Virus record (IMG/VR): IMGVR_UViG_3300029305_005079
Reading direction: 5' to 3' (one strand)
DNA from: an uncultured virus (IMG/VR IMGVR_UViG_3300029305_005079)
Taxonomy: Duplodnaviria; Heunggongvirae; Uroviricota; Caudoviricetes
Length of the DNA: 64,000 nucleotides
Part shown: in pieces, positions 10,530-20,389 of the stretch
How positions within the stretch are numbered: the stretch's first letter is position 1
Layout of the letters: each line of letters starts with the position of its first letter
Program-made: the position numbers and the translations under genes
Notes under the pieces: generated by a model
What the model was told of the DNA's origin: nothing
Seen by the model: only the letters and a program-made list of their open reading frames with translations
Database searches by the model: none

Positions 10530-11180
10530 ATGATAGTACCAGTATTTCCATTATTTAAAGATAAAGATTATGATGAGGCATTACAGTATCTTACTTCTAA
10601 AATGCTCTCTGATGGACAGATTATGTCTGTAGAAATAGATCCTCATACAAAAGAAAGTCTAGAAGATCAATCTGCTATAAATGATTTTATTTATGCATTA
10701 ACGGCAAATTCTGTAAAATATTTATTTGGGGTTAATGTTCCTCAAATGGCAAACTATATGCAGGTTCAAGATTTTGTATTAGACAAGGTGAAACCTTCAT
10801 TGCTTAATTATATGACATATACTAAACTAAATGGTTTGACATTTGAATATGCTCCAACTTCATTTACCACACCAGCTTTAATAAAAGAAGCTAAATCTGG
10901 TAGACCGGCTTTATATGTTTGGGATACGAATGAGATGTGGGATCTTGAAAAAGAGATTGATTCTAAGGACAAGTTGTTAACTTGTCCTCTTAATGGATAT
11001 ATCAATCTTTTTTTGCAATTAAATGATGTAGATAATGTAGAGTTTAAGCAACAGCTTCATACGGATGGAGTAATCGATAGAGAAGATTTGATAAAGTCTA
11101 CCCTTGTGATAAAGCTTTTACCGTGTAACAATTTTAATAAAGCATTAAATTTAATGCATGCATTGTTCAGGTACTATTGA
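10530..11180 (+). CDS. Hypothetical protein
   Basis: ORF with GGAGG RBS. Confidence 0.75.
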   Translation: MIVPVFPLFKDKDYDEALQYLTSKMLSDGQIMSVEIDPHTKESLEDQSAINDFIYALTANSVKYLFGVNVPQMANYMQVQDFVLDKVKPSLLNYMTYTKLNGLTFEYAPTSFTTPALIKEAKSGRPALYVWDTNEMWDLEKEIDSKDKLLTCPLNGYINLFLQLNDVDNVEFKQQLHTDGVIDREDLIKSTLVIKLLPCNNFNKALNLMHALFRYY

Positions 11181-11203
11181 AATCACAAAGGAGAATACAT
11201 ATC

Positions 11204-11584
11204 ATGGATTACTTAATGGAGGCATTTAGACGAGCATTAGAATCGTATAATCATCAATTTATATTAACAAAAACGGGATTTAATACTTGGGAATTACAAT
11301 TTAGAGGGCTTCCTCTTGATTTGGATTATGGTCTTGTGACTTTAAAGTATGAAGCTAATTCCATAGAAGTTATGGAGGTTCATGGCAAATATCAAGATAA
11401 AGTATTAAAAGCTCAGCATTTTCCTATTTTTAAATCTTCTAGAAAAGCTGGTGTAAATATATTGACAGCTACATTTAATAGAGATGATTTTGCTAGGAAG
11501 ATCAATACTATAGATCATTTTTTTAGATGCTATGAAACTAAAACATTTGACAAATCTTCTGTACTAAATCAAGGCATCTATTAA
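11204..11584 (+). CDS. Hypothetical protein
   Basis: ORF with AAGGAG RBS. Confidence 0.7.
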   Translation: MDYLMEAFRRALESYNHQFILTKTGFNTWELQFRGLPLDLDYGLVTLKYEANSIEVMEVHGKYQDKVLKAQHFPIFKSSRKAGVNILTATFNRDDFARKINTIDHFFRCYETKTFDKSSVLNQGIY

Positions 11585-11639
11585 TATACAACAAAATACC
11601 CGAAGCGAGATAAAATCGCTTCGGGATATTATCTTTTTT

Positions 11640-12407
11640 TTAGATTGTAAACATGAGAGGCTGATGAGTATTTGCAGCAGATACATGAGCATCATCCAGT
11701 CGCTGTACAATATCATCTCTTTTTCCAGCTCTTCCTTCGAGATCGCCGAGTTTGAGATCGATATTTGCATAAACGGTTTCAAGCCCATCATAATATTTAA
11801 GATTCTCATATAAAAATCTTGCTACATCAGCTTCAGCAAGTTCTTCAAAAATTTCCATCATTGTAGGAGGAATAGTCATAAGATTTGTAGCATGCTTAAT
11901 TAGAATTTCTACAGGAAATGACTTCATTCCTCTAGTAATATCAGCCCCAGTTACAGTAGATAGTTTAATCATATTCGGAGGCTTATATTCTACAAAGATC
12001 TGGTTGTTAAACAATGACATGTGATCTGCTCTCATCTGAAGAAGCATAACATCATCGAGACCATAGTTATTTGTCATAAAATCATACATGCCATAACCCT
12101 GAGCTTCTTGAAGTCTAAGACTATCTCTGGAAAACAGAGCCCAGTCAATATCTCTAACTCCAAGAATTTCTACATTTTCTGGTACATATTGATCTATTAA
12201 ATAAAATCCATCTTTCTTTCTCTGCGAAAGATCGAGGGTAATTCTAAGCGAATTTGGAAAATATCTACTAAATGTGTCAAGAGTTTCATTAGCGATTACA
12301 TCTTCTGCCCATTTATCTTTAGTAAGGTAGTATGGAAGTTTTAATTGCATAACTCCAAGTCTACGTTCTAATTTGTCAAGAAGTTTATTCATTCTATTAG
12401 TAGGCAT
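11640..12407 (-). CDS. Putative neck / head-tail adaptor protein
   Basis: Size, position beside terminase and loose resemblance to T4 gp13-like proteins. Confidence 0.4.
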   Translation of the reverse strand: MPTNRMNKLLDKLERRLGVMQLKLPYYLTKDKWAEDVIANETLDTFSRYFPNSLRITLDLSQRKKDGFYLIDQYVPENVEILGVRDIDWALFSRDSLRLQEAQGYGMYDFMTNNYGLDDVMLLQMRADHMSLFNNQIFVEYKPPNMIKLSTVTGADITRGMKSFPVEILIKHATNLMTIPPTMMEIFEELAEADVARFLYENLKYYDGLETVYANIDLKLGDLEGRAGKRDDIVQRLDDAHVSAANTHQPLMFTI

Positions 12408-12499
12408 ATCTTGAATACCTCCTTCGAGTAATCATATTTATTATAAATGTTGAAAGGTTAAAATGAGAGAGTCATGATCGACTCTCTCATTTATTTTTT

Positions 12500-14692
12500 T
12501 TATTTGCCCCAAAGCGAGCTAAGGTTTCCAACTAATACACTATTTCCATTCATCCCATTAATATCCTCGTCATCTCTATTGAAATTCAAGAATACTTCTG
12601 TAGGAATAGTTTGAACAGATTGATTTGCTTGAGGGACAATAGTGTGATATCGATCTGATAAAGTCTTTTGAACAGCTCTATTTGTAAGAATTCTATTCAA
12701 ACAAGCCTCATCTTTTTCCATTTCACTATGCATCCACTCTTCATAAGATTGCTTGCCAGGAGTCTGATTAAGAACTTCAAGCTGCTCATTAATCTCCTGA
12801 TCGTCTACAATCTCAAGATCTTGTATTGTATTGGTGCTATCTTCTTGGATATCAACAACAGCTTCTTCCAGATCTGCATCTGTACGAAGAACTCGTTTAG
12901 TGATACCCCAGTTATTCATTAGATCTCCACCATTATAGTAGATATATAGAGCCCAAAGCCAAGAGAAGATTTGGTCGTCATGAGTATTAGACGAGTGTTC
13001 GACCTTGCCATTCTTCTTAACTTCAAGACCACAGAGCTCTTCATAAATAGTAGGAGATATAATTTTGTCCTTATGATATTCTACTCTATCTCTAAGGATT
13101 TCAATTAACTGTTCACGTTCAGTCTTTGTAGAATCTGAACCATAAACTTTAGTCTTTTGAGTCCTTCTATGGATAGCAGAACCCATGACCCTCTCTTCTA
13201 CTACTTTATCTTTAATAGTATAGAAGAGATTTTTCTTAATAGAGGTTTGAAGTAGACGCGCAATTACCGAACTTCCAAAACCTCCATTACGCTCGATATT
13301 TACTACAGCATTTGGCATCCATTTAGATACTATCTCATGTATAATTAATGCCAATTCTGGTGTAGATATAAAGTTGCTATTTAACTCAGCAGTTACTCTA
13401 GTACTATAAGAGTCTACAACTGTAATAGCAGACGAGTCTCTTTGATAACCGCCAGACACGTCGACACCTATAAGAGGAGGATATTTCATATTAATCTTTT
13501 CGTAGATCTTAAGCTCATACTTATTAAGGAGAAGGACAGTGTTGATAGGCTGTCTAAGAAGTCCTTTAATAGTATCAAGATCTTCAGCTCTAAAGGGAGA
13601 GTTTTCAGAAGAATTAGACCATTCAAGAAGTACCTCACGTCGGATGGCATCCCAATCCTTACGCATGGTAACACAAAGATCTTTGAACCACTGCTCGCTT
13701 TTACCAAGCTGCTGATAACTAAACTTAATATATACGAAATTAGAGTTTGTATTAGATGCAATAATATCATAAATCTGCTCTTTGCTAAGATCATACCATC
13801 TTTCGCTAAAAGGTGTAGCAGATTCTTTCATGTTGAAGCCTTCGATACCTTCATCTGTTGTAAGCATACCAGGAGTTGTTGTAATAAGCATTCCATAAGG
13901 GGAGTTATTACGTCTTGCATTGTTAGATGCCGTATTGAATGCAGGAACCATGTTTGTATAAATGATAGTATTATACTGAATGAATGCATACTCGTCTATG
14001 TAAATAATAGGGGTTGTACGACCTCTCATCAGACTCGCAGCTGCTACTTTATTTCTTGCAGATGCAACTGTTCTAATTCTATTATTATTTACAGGATGTT
14101 GAAGTGTTTCAACATTGTTCTTACCTCTAATCTTGCTTCCATCTGGAGCAAATGCCTGGTCCATTACAAGATAAGAAGGAAGAAGTGCACGAATCTCTCT
14201 GATACGCTGCAAGTTCAACTTAGAGTCATCGAGCTTCTTGTTAAGGAAGCTCATTTCCGCATTAGCGGTGCCGAAGTTAAACAAATACAAATACCAGCAA
14301 AGAGACGAAATAGTTTTACCAGTCTGTCGAGGTTGCTCTAGGAATGTATTAAGATTCATCATTAGACAGAATAGCAAAGCCAGGTTTCCTCTAGTAAGCT
14401 CAAATTTAACACCTGTAGCTTGACCAGAGTCTGGGATTCTAACTACTTCTCTAAAGAAGTACCAAGGGTTATATATACATTCTCTAAGAACTTTTTGCTT
14501 CATTATTGTATTTAACTTTGGATCATGTGGATCTATTCTAGCTAAATCTGGGTCCAATAATGCTAGCATAAATTTATTATTCTCTATACCAGAGTCTTTT
14601 AGGTATTGAGACATTTCCAAAAAGCTTTTATTGGTGGTACTCATATGGTAGTAGATAACTGTTTGAGTATTTCCACCGTACATAATAGCCAT
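12500..14692 (-). CDS. terL: Terminase large subunit
   Basis: PRQTGKT Walker A, YIDEYAF Walker B, IGVDVSGG..RDSSA and HDD nuclease motifs. Confidence 0.92.
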   Translation of the reverse strand: MAIMYGGNTQTVIYYHMSTTNKSFLEMSQYLKDSGIENNKFMLALLDPDLARIDPHDPKLNTIMKQKVLRECIYNPWYFFREVVRIPDSGQATGVKFELTRGNLALLFCLMMNLNTFLEQPRQTGKTISSLCWYLYLFNFGTANAEMSFLNKKLDDSKLNLQRIREIRALLPSYLVMDQAFAPDGSKIRGKNNVETLQHPVNNNRIRTVASARNKVAAASLMRGRTTPIIYIDEYAFIQYNTIIYTNMVPAFNTASNNARRNNSPYGMLITTTPGMLTTDEGIEGFNMKESATPFSERWYDLSKEQIYDIIASNTNSNFVYIKFSYQQLGKSEQWFKDLCVTMRKDWDAIRREVLLEWSNSSENSPFRAEDLDTIKGLLRQPINTVLLLNKYELKIYEKINMKYPPLIGVDVSGGYQRDSSAITVVDSYSTRVTAELNSNFISTPELALIIHEIVSKWMPNAVVNIERNGGFGSSVIARLLQTSIKKNLFYTIKDKVVEERVMGSAIHRRTQKTKVYGSDSTKTEREQLIEILRDRVEYHKDKIISPTIYEELCGLEVKKNGKVEHSSNTHDDQIFSWLWALYIYYNGGDLMNNWGITKRVLRTDADLEEAVVDIQEDSTNTIQDLEIVDDQEINEQLEVLNQTPGKQSYEEWMHSEMEKDEACLNRILTNRAVQKTLSDRYHTIVPQANQSVQTIPTEVFLNFNRDDEDINGMNGNSVLVGNLSSLWGK

Positions 14693-14801
14693 AGCTATTT
14701 TCCTCCTTTCATTTATATTAAAAGGATAATTATTTATAAGTTGAACCATTAAGGTTGGCAAAAGAATTAGACCAATCTAATATCTAGATTGGTCTAATAT
14801 T

Positions 14802-15623
14802 TTACTTATTAATGCAATATCTCTGAAGTTCATTAGCAATGTGAGACTCAAGATTTACAACAAAAGTATCACCATTCTTTGCTACAAGACGAACCTGATT
14901 GCCTCTTACAATAGTAGCAGATTCATACATGAAATCAATCTGTGAGATAAGAGACTTGATATTTGCAGACTCAGACTTAATGTAAGAAAGCACGGATTCA
15001 TTCGTAATCGGAATAAGAGCGCCTTCCATATTAAGCTTTGTCAAAGTCTTGCCCTGGCAACGGCCACCAAAAGCATAAGACTCTGTTACAAGCTTAGTTG
15101 TATATGCATGAGGATGTGAAGGGTAAATTACTCTATCCCAAGTAATAACTCTAAGGTTTTCAACAATATTACGGCCACGAATATTAGCAAGAGAACCAAG
15201 AGCTCTAAGAGACCAGCTAGGAAGAACGCCTTCTCTAAGATCTTGGTCGAATTCTTCACCCTTAGCATTATTTGTGCCCTTAAAATGAGCCATTACATTA
15301 TTTCCATCCATCCAAATCTTAAGAAATCTTGCTACAGTGTTATTAGGATCGATGGTCTGTTGTCTGATCATAGCTGTATCCATAGGATGTCCATTTTCAG
15401 AAAGCATATTTCCAGTGCTAAGCAACTCCTTAGTTCTAGCACAATTTATTTCTCTTAAAAGGTCATGCTGTAAGTAACATCTACCGTTTCTATTTTCTTC
15501 TTCAGCGGTCTGGATAATACCCTCACCAATTACTCTTTTACCATTTTCAGAAATAACCTTGGCTTCAGGAACCTCCAGAGGTGCGCCTTCTAGAATTACA
15601 TATCCAATAGGCATATTAGGCAT
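14802..15623 (-). CDS. Prohead (capsid maturation) protease, T4 gp21-like
   Basis: NRNGRCY, ENGHP, SLRALGS and WDRVIYPS motifs. Confidence 0.88.
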   Translation of the reverse strand: MPNMPIGYVILEGAPLEVPEAKVISENGKRVIGEGIIQTAEEENRNGRCYLQHDLLREINCARTKELLSTGNMLSENGHPMDTAMIRQQTIDPNNTVARFLKIWMDGNNVMAHFKGTNNAKGEEFDQDLREGVLPSWSLRALGSLANIRGRNIVENLRVITWDRVIYPSHPHAYTTKLVTESYAFGGRCQGKTLTKLNMEGALIPITNESVLSYIKSESANIKSLISQIDFMYESATIVRGNQVRLVAKNGDTFVVNLESHIANELQRYCINK

Positions 15624-15649
15624 GTTTATGCACCTCCTATATAATATCA

Positions 15650-15662
15650 TTATCGTTATGTT
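15650..15662 (-). promoter_or_regulatory. Putative late promoter AACA-N6-TAA
   Basis: AACATAACGATAA upstream of the protease; motif recurs more than 20 times. Confidence 0.7.
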
Positions 15663-15728
15663 GGGACGTTTGATTATGGCATGATTTTATATGGTATATT
15701 TTTACATGCTATAGTAACTAAATTATAA

Positions 15729-16110
15729 GAGATGATACACATGAATTCGAGGCGTCATGTGAGATATTCTTGGAAGGGGTGGAGAGCCTTCTATATCGTC
15801 TCTTGATATTGGCGACCACAATAACAGAATAGCTTTTGCCGCGACGGATTGTCTATTCTGTATAAAACCGTCCCAAACGAAACATTTATTGTTCCAACCA
15901 ATAGATGTTTCGGGTTTTTGTTGTGTATGTAAGGACCCTTTTTACAGGGCCTGAAAGAAGGCGTAGTTGATCGTGTGCTGCGCCTCTTTTCCAACTAAAT
16001 CTCGTATGTATTATTATCCAGAATATATACGTGTTGCTCTTGGTATGGAAAATGGTACCCCCTCTTATACGAGGGGGGAATACATTTTTATATACCATAA
16101 CATACATTTA
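15729..16110 (+). ncRNA. Candidate large structured ncRNA with pseudoknot
   Basis: GC-enriched intergenic tract, nearly fully paired, followed by a terminator; strand inferred from G-U pairs and terminator. Confidence 0.6.
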
Positions 16111-16178
16111 AAGATGGCATATAAGTGTTTTCATGTTTGGCATAGTTATATCCTTTCTGAAAATTTTATTTTTCAATT

Positions 16179-16216
16179 AAAGATCCCAGGTAGAAATACC
16201 TGGGATCTTTTCTTTT
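16179..16216 (+). terminator. Intrinsic terminator
   Basis: AAAGATCCCAGGTA-GAAA-TACCTGGGATCTTT. Confidence 0.85.
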
Positions 16217-16288
16217 AGCTATATATTATATTTTTAAGAAGCCGAAAACTTCTTAATAAATTTAATATATTCACGGAGGTATCAAATC

Positions 16289-17029
16289 ATGAAAAAGAAC
16301 AAGAATAACAAACCTAAGGTAGTCATCTGTAGTTCTCCTGCAGAACTTATCGAACACCTTGAAGCGGAAAAACAGAGATGCGACAATGAACATGGTTGTT
16401 GTGAATGCTCTCCAGAAACTTGTCCGCCTACTGTTTGCCAGAATCCTGCTCCCTATATTTCTCCTGAGCAATCTACTAATCTTTTCCTTGCACAGGATGG
16501 GGAAATGACCAATGATGGATGGATTAAACTTAAATATGATGGGGTCGATAGAGAGGCTGTAATGGATGATCTTATTACTATTGAAAGACAAACTCTTGAT
16601 ACCATCAATCCTAAGGTTAGAAATAATGGTCTTGTAGCTACTGATGATGGTCTTATCGAACCATTTGAAGAGCCCTGGCCTGCAGCATTTATTCCCGGTA
16701 TGGCTTTTGTTGGCGAATTTAATATGGGTGGTTATGCCGGATGTAGTCTGGTTAATACTCTTAATAAAGGACTTAGATATGCGACCGTAGATAGTGAAGG
16801 AAATACTATTGATTGCGGTCCAGTTGTTACCGCTACAGTAGTTGGCAATGTAAGAAAACCCCATGGTCTTTACATTCCTTTTAACAACAGAAATGCTATC
16901 GTGGATGGTGTAAATTTCTGCCATCAGTATCTTGATTTTGTGGATGGGGCTGCTATTGATCATAGAGCTAACGATAATATGATCGAAGGAGCACTTGAGG
17001 AAGAAAAGAAGAAGAAATTCGGTTGGTAA
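16289..17029 (+). CDS. Hypothetical protein with Cys-rich N-terminal patch
   Basis: ORF with GGAGGT RBS and downstream terminator. Confidence 0.75.
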   Translation: MKKNKNNKPKVVICSSPAELIEHLEAEKQRCDNEHGCCECSPETCPPTVCQNPAPYISPEQSTNLFLAQDGEMTNDGWIKLKYDGVDREAVMDDLITIERQTLDTINPKVRNNGLVATDDGLIEPFEEPWPAAFIPGMAFVGEFNMGGYAGCSLVNTLNKGLRYATVDSEGNTIDCGPVVTATVVGNVRKPHGLYIPFNNRNAIVDGVNFCHQYLDFVDGAAIDHRANDNMIEGALEEEKKKKFGW

Positions 17030-17148
17030 AATAATTATTTATATTGGTAAAGGCGAGTTAGCACTCGCCTTTATTTTTTGTAAATTTGATTTATCCGCCA
17101 CTAAGGCTAACTTATAATTAAAATAGCTTAAGGAGGAGGGCAATCGAA

Positions 17149-19539
17149 ATGAGACAAATCGTTATTGCTGATATTAATAGACGCCTTCGAAGTTTGTCGG
17201 CTAAAACATCAGCTTCAAACCACAATAACACATTTTCAGAAGGAGCCCGCTTGATTATCAATAAGGGAAGAGCTTATGATATTAAAAGATTTATTGAGAG
17301 TGCTGGTAAGAGCACCTCTGAGGTGTCTTTTACAACTATCATGGAATTGTTTGACGCTCTTACCGATGTAGGAACTGTAAGTGATATTTCAAAAATGGGC
17401 AATTATATTGCAGAAGATGTAGTGCACAAGGTTAGAGATGCTAAAAATACAGAGTCGCTGATCAAACGTAGAATGACTCGTCTACAACACAAACTTGCAC
17501 CTTCTACTACAGTACCGGCTGGCCCTAAGCCTACTAAACTGGTACAGAAGACAAATGTAAATAAAGAAAAAGCTATTAAAGAAGCATATGAAAATATGCT
17601 TGAAAGCGCTATAATTAATAGAAACTGTGATAGAGTTCTTGAGAATTACAATAGAATTTCAAAGCGATTTAATCTAGAAATAGTTATTAATGAGAACACC
17701 AGAGCAAATGGTGTGAAAGATACGGTAATCGAATTGTGTAATAGAATTGATACATACGATATGCCGACTGCTGTAAAGTTTAATACGGTGATTGAAACGG
17801 CTTTCTATGGGTTTGAATCTAATTTTATTACTTATAATAAATCCGATATTATCGAAGCTGCTGTAGATTATTTCGCATTTAAAGAGGACGGTCTAGCTGC
17901 TGCTAGAGAAATTCTCGATGCAACTCTATTTTATGATAAAAATGAAGATATGGGAAATGTAGATATCTTGACAGAAGAGGAGCCAGAGGAAGATTCCAAG
18001 CCCTCTTCTGTCGATACCGTGATTACCAATCATTTTGGTAATCAACCTATGCAGCCTGTAAAAGAAGCTAGCGAATTTTCTGAAATGCTAGATAAGTTTA
18101 AGAAAGAAGAACTTGCTAAAGAAGATAGCAAACCTGAAACAAAATTACGTTCTCTTGTTACCAAACTCTATTCAAGAAATGTAGATAGTATTGTTGAAGG
18201 AACCCCCAATCTTCTTTCTTGGATTAGATCTTTCTTTATTGTAGGATCTTTCGCAATTCCTGTAATTGGACCTGTTGTTGCTATTATAGGATTTATTGCA
18301 GATAGATTTATCTCTCTTCATATGGATATTAAAGAAACTGAGAAGATGATTCAGTGTTTTAGCAATGAGATTAGAGCTGCTAATAAGAAGCTCGAATCCA
18401 CGACAAATGCGGAAGATAAAGATAAACTTGAGAAATATATAGATTCTCTTAAGAAAGCAAAAGAGAAGATTTCTATGTATAGAATGGATCTTACCGATGA
18501 TTTTGAAGTCGAAGGTGATTATAACGATATGGCTGAAGGGGATGAATTCGACTTTGGAGATTTCGATAGCGACGAAGACTTCGACTTCGGTGATGATATG
18601 GACTTTAGTTTCGATGAGATGGCTACTGCTGTAACCTCTATCGTTGATTCTAATAATAACCCTATAGATGAATCTACAATGTATATGCTTCCTAGAAAGC
18701 TTTCTGATGAGCTTCTTTACGATATAACAAATGTTGTTAAAGAGTGTCCAGATCTTTTCTTTAAAGAAGCATTTATTGATGGACTCAATCAAGAAATTGT
18801 GAGACTCAGAAGTTCTAATTCTAGAAGCGTTGCTGAAATTATTAGAATTAATATTGCTGAAAATATGATTCAAGATCTTACAAATGCTCCTGCAAAAGAA
18901 ATTTCTAGTAAAAATATTATTAGAATCCATCATAAATATTCTGCTATCGCAGAAGCTTATGCTGCTATTAATATGATTAGAAATATGCCTGAGGATCATG
19001 ATGAAACAGTTCTTGAAGCTTCTTTTACAAATACCCTTAAACTTGCATCTATGAAACTTAAGAATGCTATTAAGAAACTCACAGATAAAGAAAGAAGTAT
19101 TTCTAAGTCTGTAGATGTAGGTATGAATAATGTAATGAAGGGTGCAGAGCGTGCTATGACAACCGATAATAGAGAGGCTGTTATCAAGGGATCGATTCTC
19201 CCCTCAGCATCTAAGATAATTAAAATGGCAATTATCAATGCTGGGCTTATCGCTATCCATCAGCCTGCTATTGCTGTTATTGGTACACTTGCATATCTTG
19301 CTTGCTCTACAAAGTTTAAAGCCAAAGAGCGTCAAATGCTTATAGATGAAATCGAGATTGAGATTGAAATGTGCGATAAATATATTAAGATTGCTGAAGA
19401 TAAGAATGATATGAAGGCTCTTAAACAGTTAATGACTACTAAGAGAGAACTTACTCGTCAGCTTCAGAGAATCAAATATAATATGAAAGCCAAGCTCGGT
19501 CAGAAGTATTATGATGCTAAGAATGTAGGCGATAAATAA
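17149..19539 (+). CDS. Putative internal head protein
   Basis: Late promoter, head-module context and repeated candidate protease sites (MLESA, VKEAS, VLEAS). Confidence 0.55.
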   Translation: MRQIVIADINRRLRSLSAKTSASNHNNTFSEGARLIINKGRAYDIKRFIESAGKSTSEVSFTTIMELFDALTDVGTVSDISKMGNYIAEDVVHKVRDAKNTESLIKRRMTRLQHKLAPSTTVPAGPKPTKLVQKTNVNKEKAIKEAYENMLESAIINRNCDRVLENYNRISKRFNLEIVINENTRANGVKDTVIELCNRIDTYDMPTAVKFNTVIETAFYGFESNFITYNKSDIIEAAVDYFAFKEDGLAAAREILDATLFYDKNEDMGNVDILTEEEPEEDSKPSSVDTVITNHFGNQPMQPVKEASEFSEMLDKFKKEELAKEDSKPETKLRSLVTKLYSRNVDSIVEGTPNLLSWIRSFFIVGSFAIPVIGPVVAIIGFIADRFISLHMDIKETEKMIQCFSNEIRAANKKLESTTNAEDKDKLEKYIDSLKKAKEKISMYRMDLTDDFEVEGDYNDMAEGDEFDFGDFDSDEDFDFGDDMDFSFDEMATAVTSIVDSNNNPIDESTMYMLPRKLSDELLYDITNVVKECPDLFFKEAFIDGLNQEIVRLRSSNSRSVAEIIRINIAENMIQDLTNAPAKEISSKNIIRIHHKYSAIAEAYAAINMIRNMPEDHDETVLEASFTNTLKLASMKLKNAIKKLTDKERSISKSVDVGMNNVMKGAERAMTTDNREAVIKGSILPSASKIIKMAIINAGLIAIHQPAIAVIGTLAYLACSTKFKAKERQMLIDEIEIEIEMCDKYIKIAEDKNDMKALKQLMTTKRELTRQLQRIKYNMKAKLGQKYYDAKNVGDK

Positions 19540-19625
19540 TAAATATGGACTGCTAGCGATAGCAGTCCTTTATTTTTTTATAAACGTCAACATTAGATTA
19601 AATCATAAAGAAGGGAGGTATAACT

Positions 19626-20273
19626 ATGGGATTACTTTTTGATAGATCCAAACTCAAACACCTGCTCGAAGTCGAAGTAGATGGACAGCCTGTTGAGAAT
19701 GATCCAAATCAAACCCCTGAAGATTATACAGATTCTCCTGATCCTGCTGCTGGTGGTGAACAACCTCCTGCAGAAGAAGCTCTACCTCAAGAAGAGGGAC
19801 AAGATCCTAATATGCCTCCACCCGAAGAGGCTCCCCCAGAAGATTATAATGATGAATATGGAGGAGAAGATGGCGGTGGAGGGGAAGCTCAAGGTTCTGA
19901 ACCTCCCCCTCCAGAAGAGGAAGCTCCTGTAGATAATATCAAACAGCAGGAAGAGGAATTATATAATGAACTCACCCCCGAGCAACTAGATATCAAGCAT
20001 AAAGAATTAAAAACACAATTCTTAAATATGTATGACGAAGTAGTTGCTATTATAGATAGAATCGGAGATGTAAATGTAGCCGAAGAGAATATTGGTACAA
20101 TAGAATATGTATCTAATACTTTGGCCAATCTTAAAGATATGCTCTCTGATTATATGAACACAGTTTATAAAACCAAATCGTATTTTGAGAATTCTATTAA
20201 TTATAATAGATTCTTAGCAGTTTTGGGTGGTATAAACAAAGTTTTGGAGGAAATGAACTCCAAAAATGCTTAA
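19626..20273 (+). CDS. Acidic Pro-rich protein, possible scaffold/core protein
   Basis: Directly upstream of the probable capsid gene; late promoter at 19589-19601. Confidence 0.5.
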   Translation: MGLLFDRSKLKHLLEVEVDGQPVENDPNQTPEDYTDSPDPAAGGEQPPAEEALPQEEGQDPNMPPPEEAPPEDYNDEYGGEDGGGGEAQGSEPPPPEEEAPVDNIKQQEEELYNELTPEQLDIKHKELKTQFLNMYDEVVAIIDRIGDVNVAEENIGTIEYVSNTLANLKDMLSDYMNTVYKTKSYFENSINYNRFLAVLGGINKVLEEMNSKNA

Positions 20274-20302
20274 AAGTAAACTCTTACTTTCTAAGCAATC
20301 GT

Positions 20303-20315
20303 AACATCTTGGTAA
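20303..20315 (+). promoter_or_regulatory. Putative late promoter AACA-N6-TAA
   Basis: AACATCTTGGTAA upstream of the probable capsid gene. Confidence 0.7.
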
Positions 20316-20389
20316 AAATATTGTCGTATAAACGGCATATTTAAAAATGCATAAAAATATATTAAGCTTAATAGAAAGGAGCATGTAAT

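Noticed and set aside
15729..16218. tmRNA, RNase P RNA or small ORFs in the protease-upstream gap
   Set aside because: No tRNA-Ala-like ends, no GAGGAAAGTCC, and the ORFs lack RBSs and overlap in conflicting frames
18538..18618. Short DFDFGD-like repeats in the 796-aa ORF
   Set aside because: Low-complexity acidic protein linker, not a DNA repeat element
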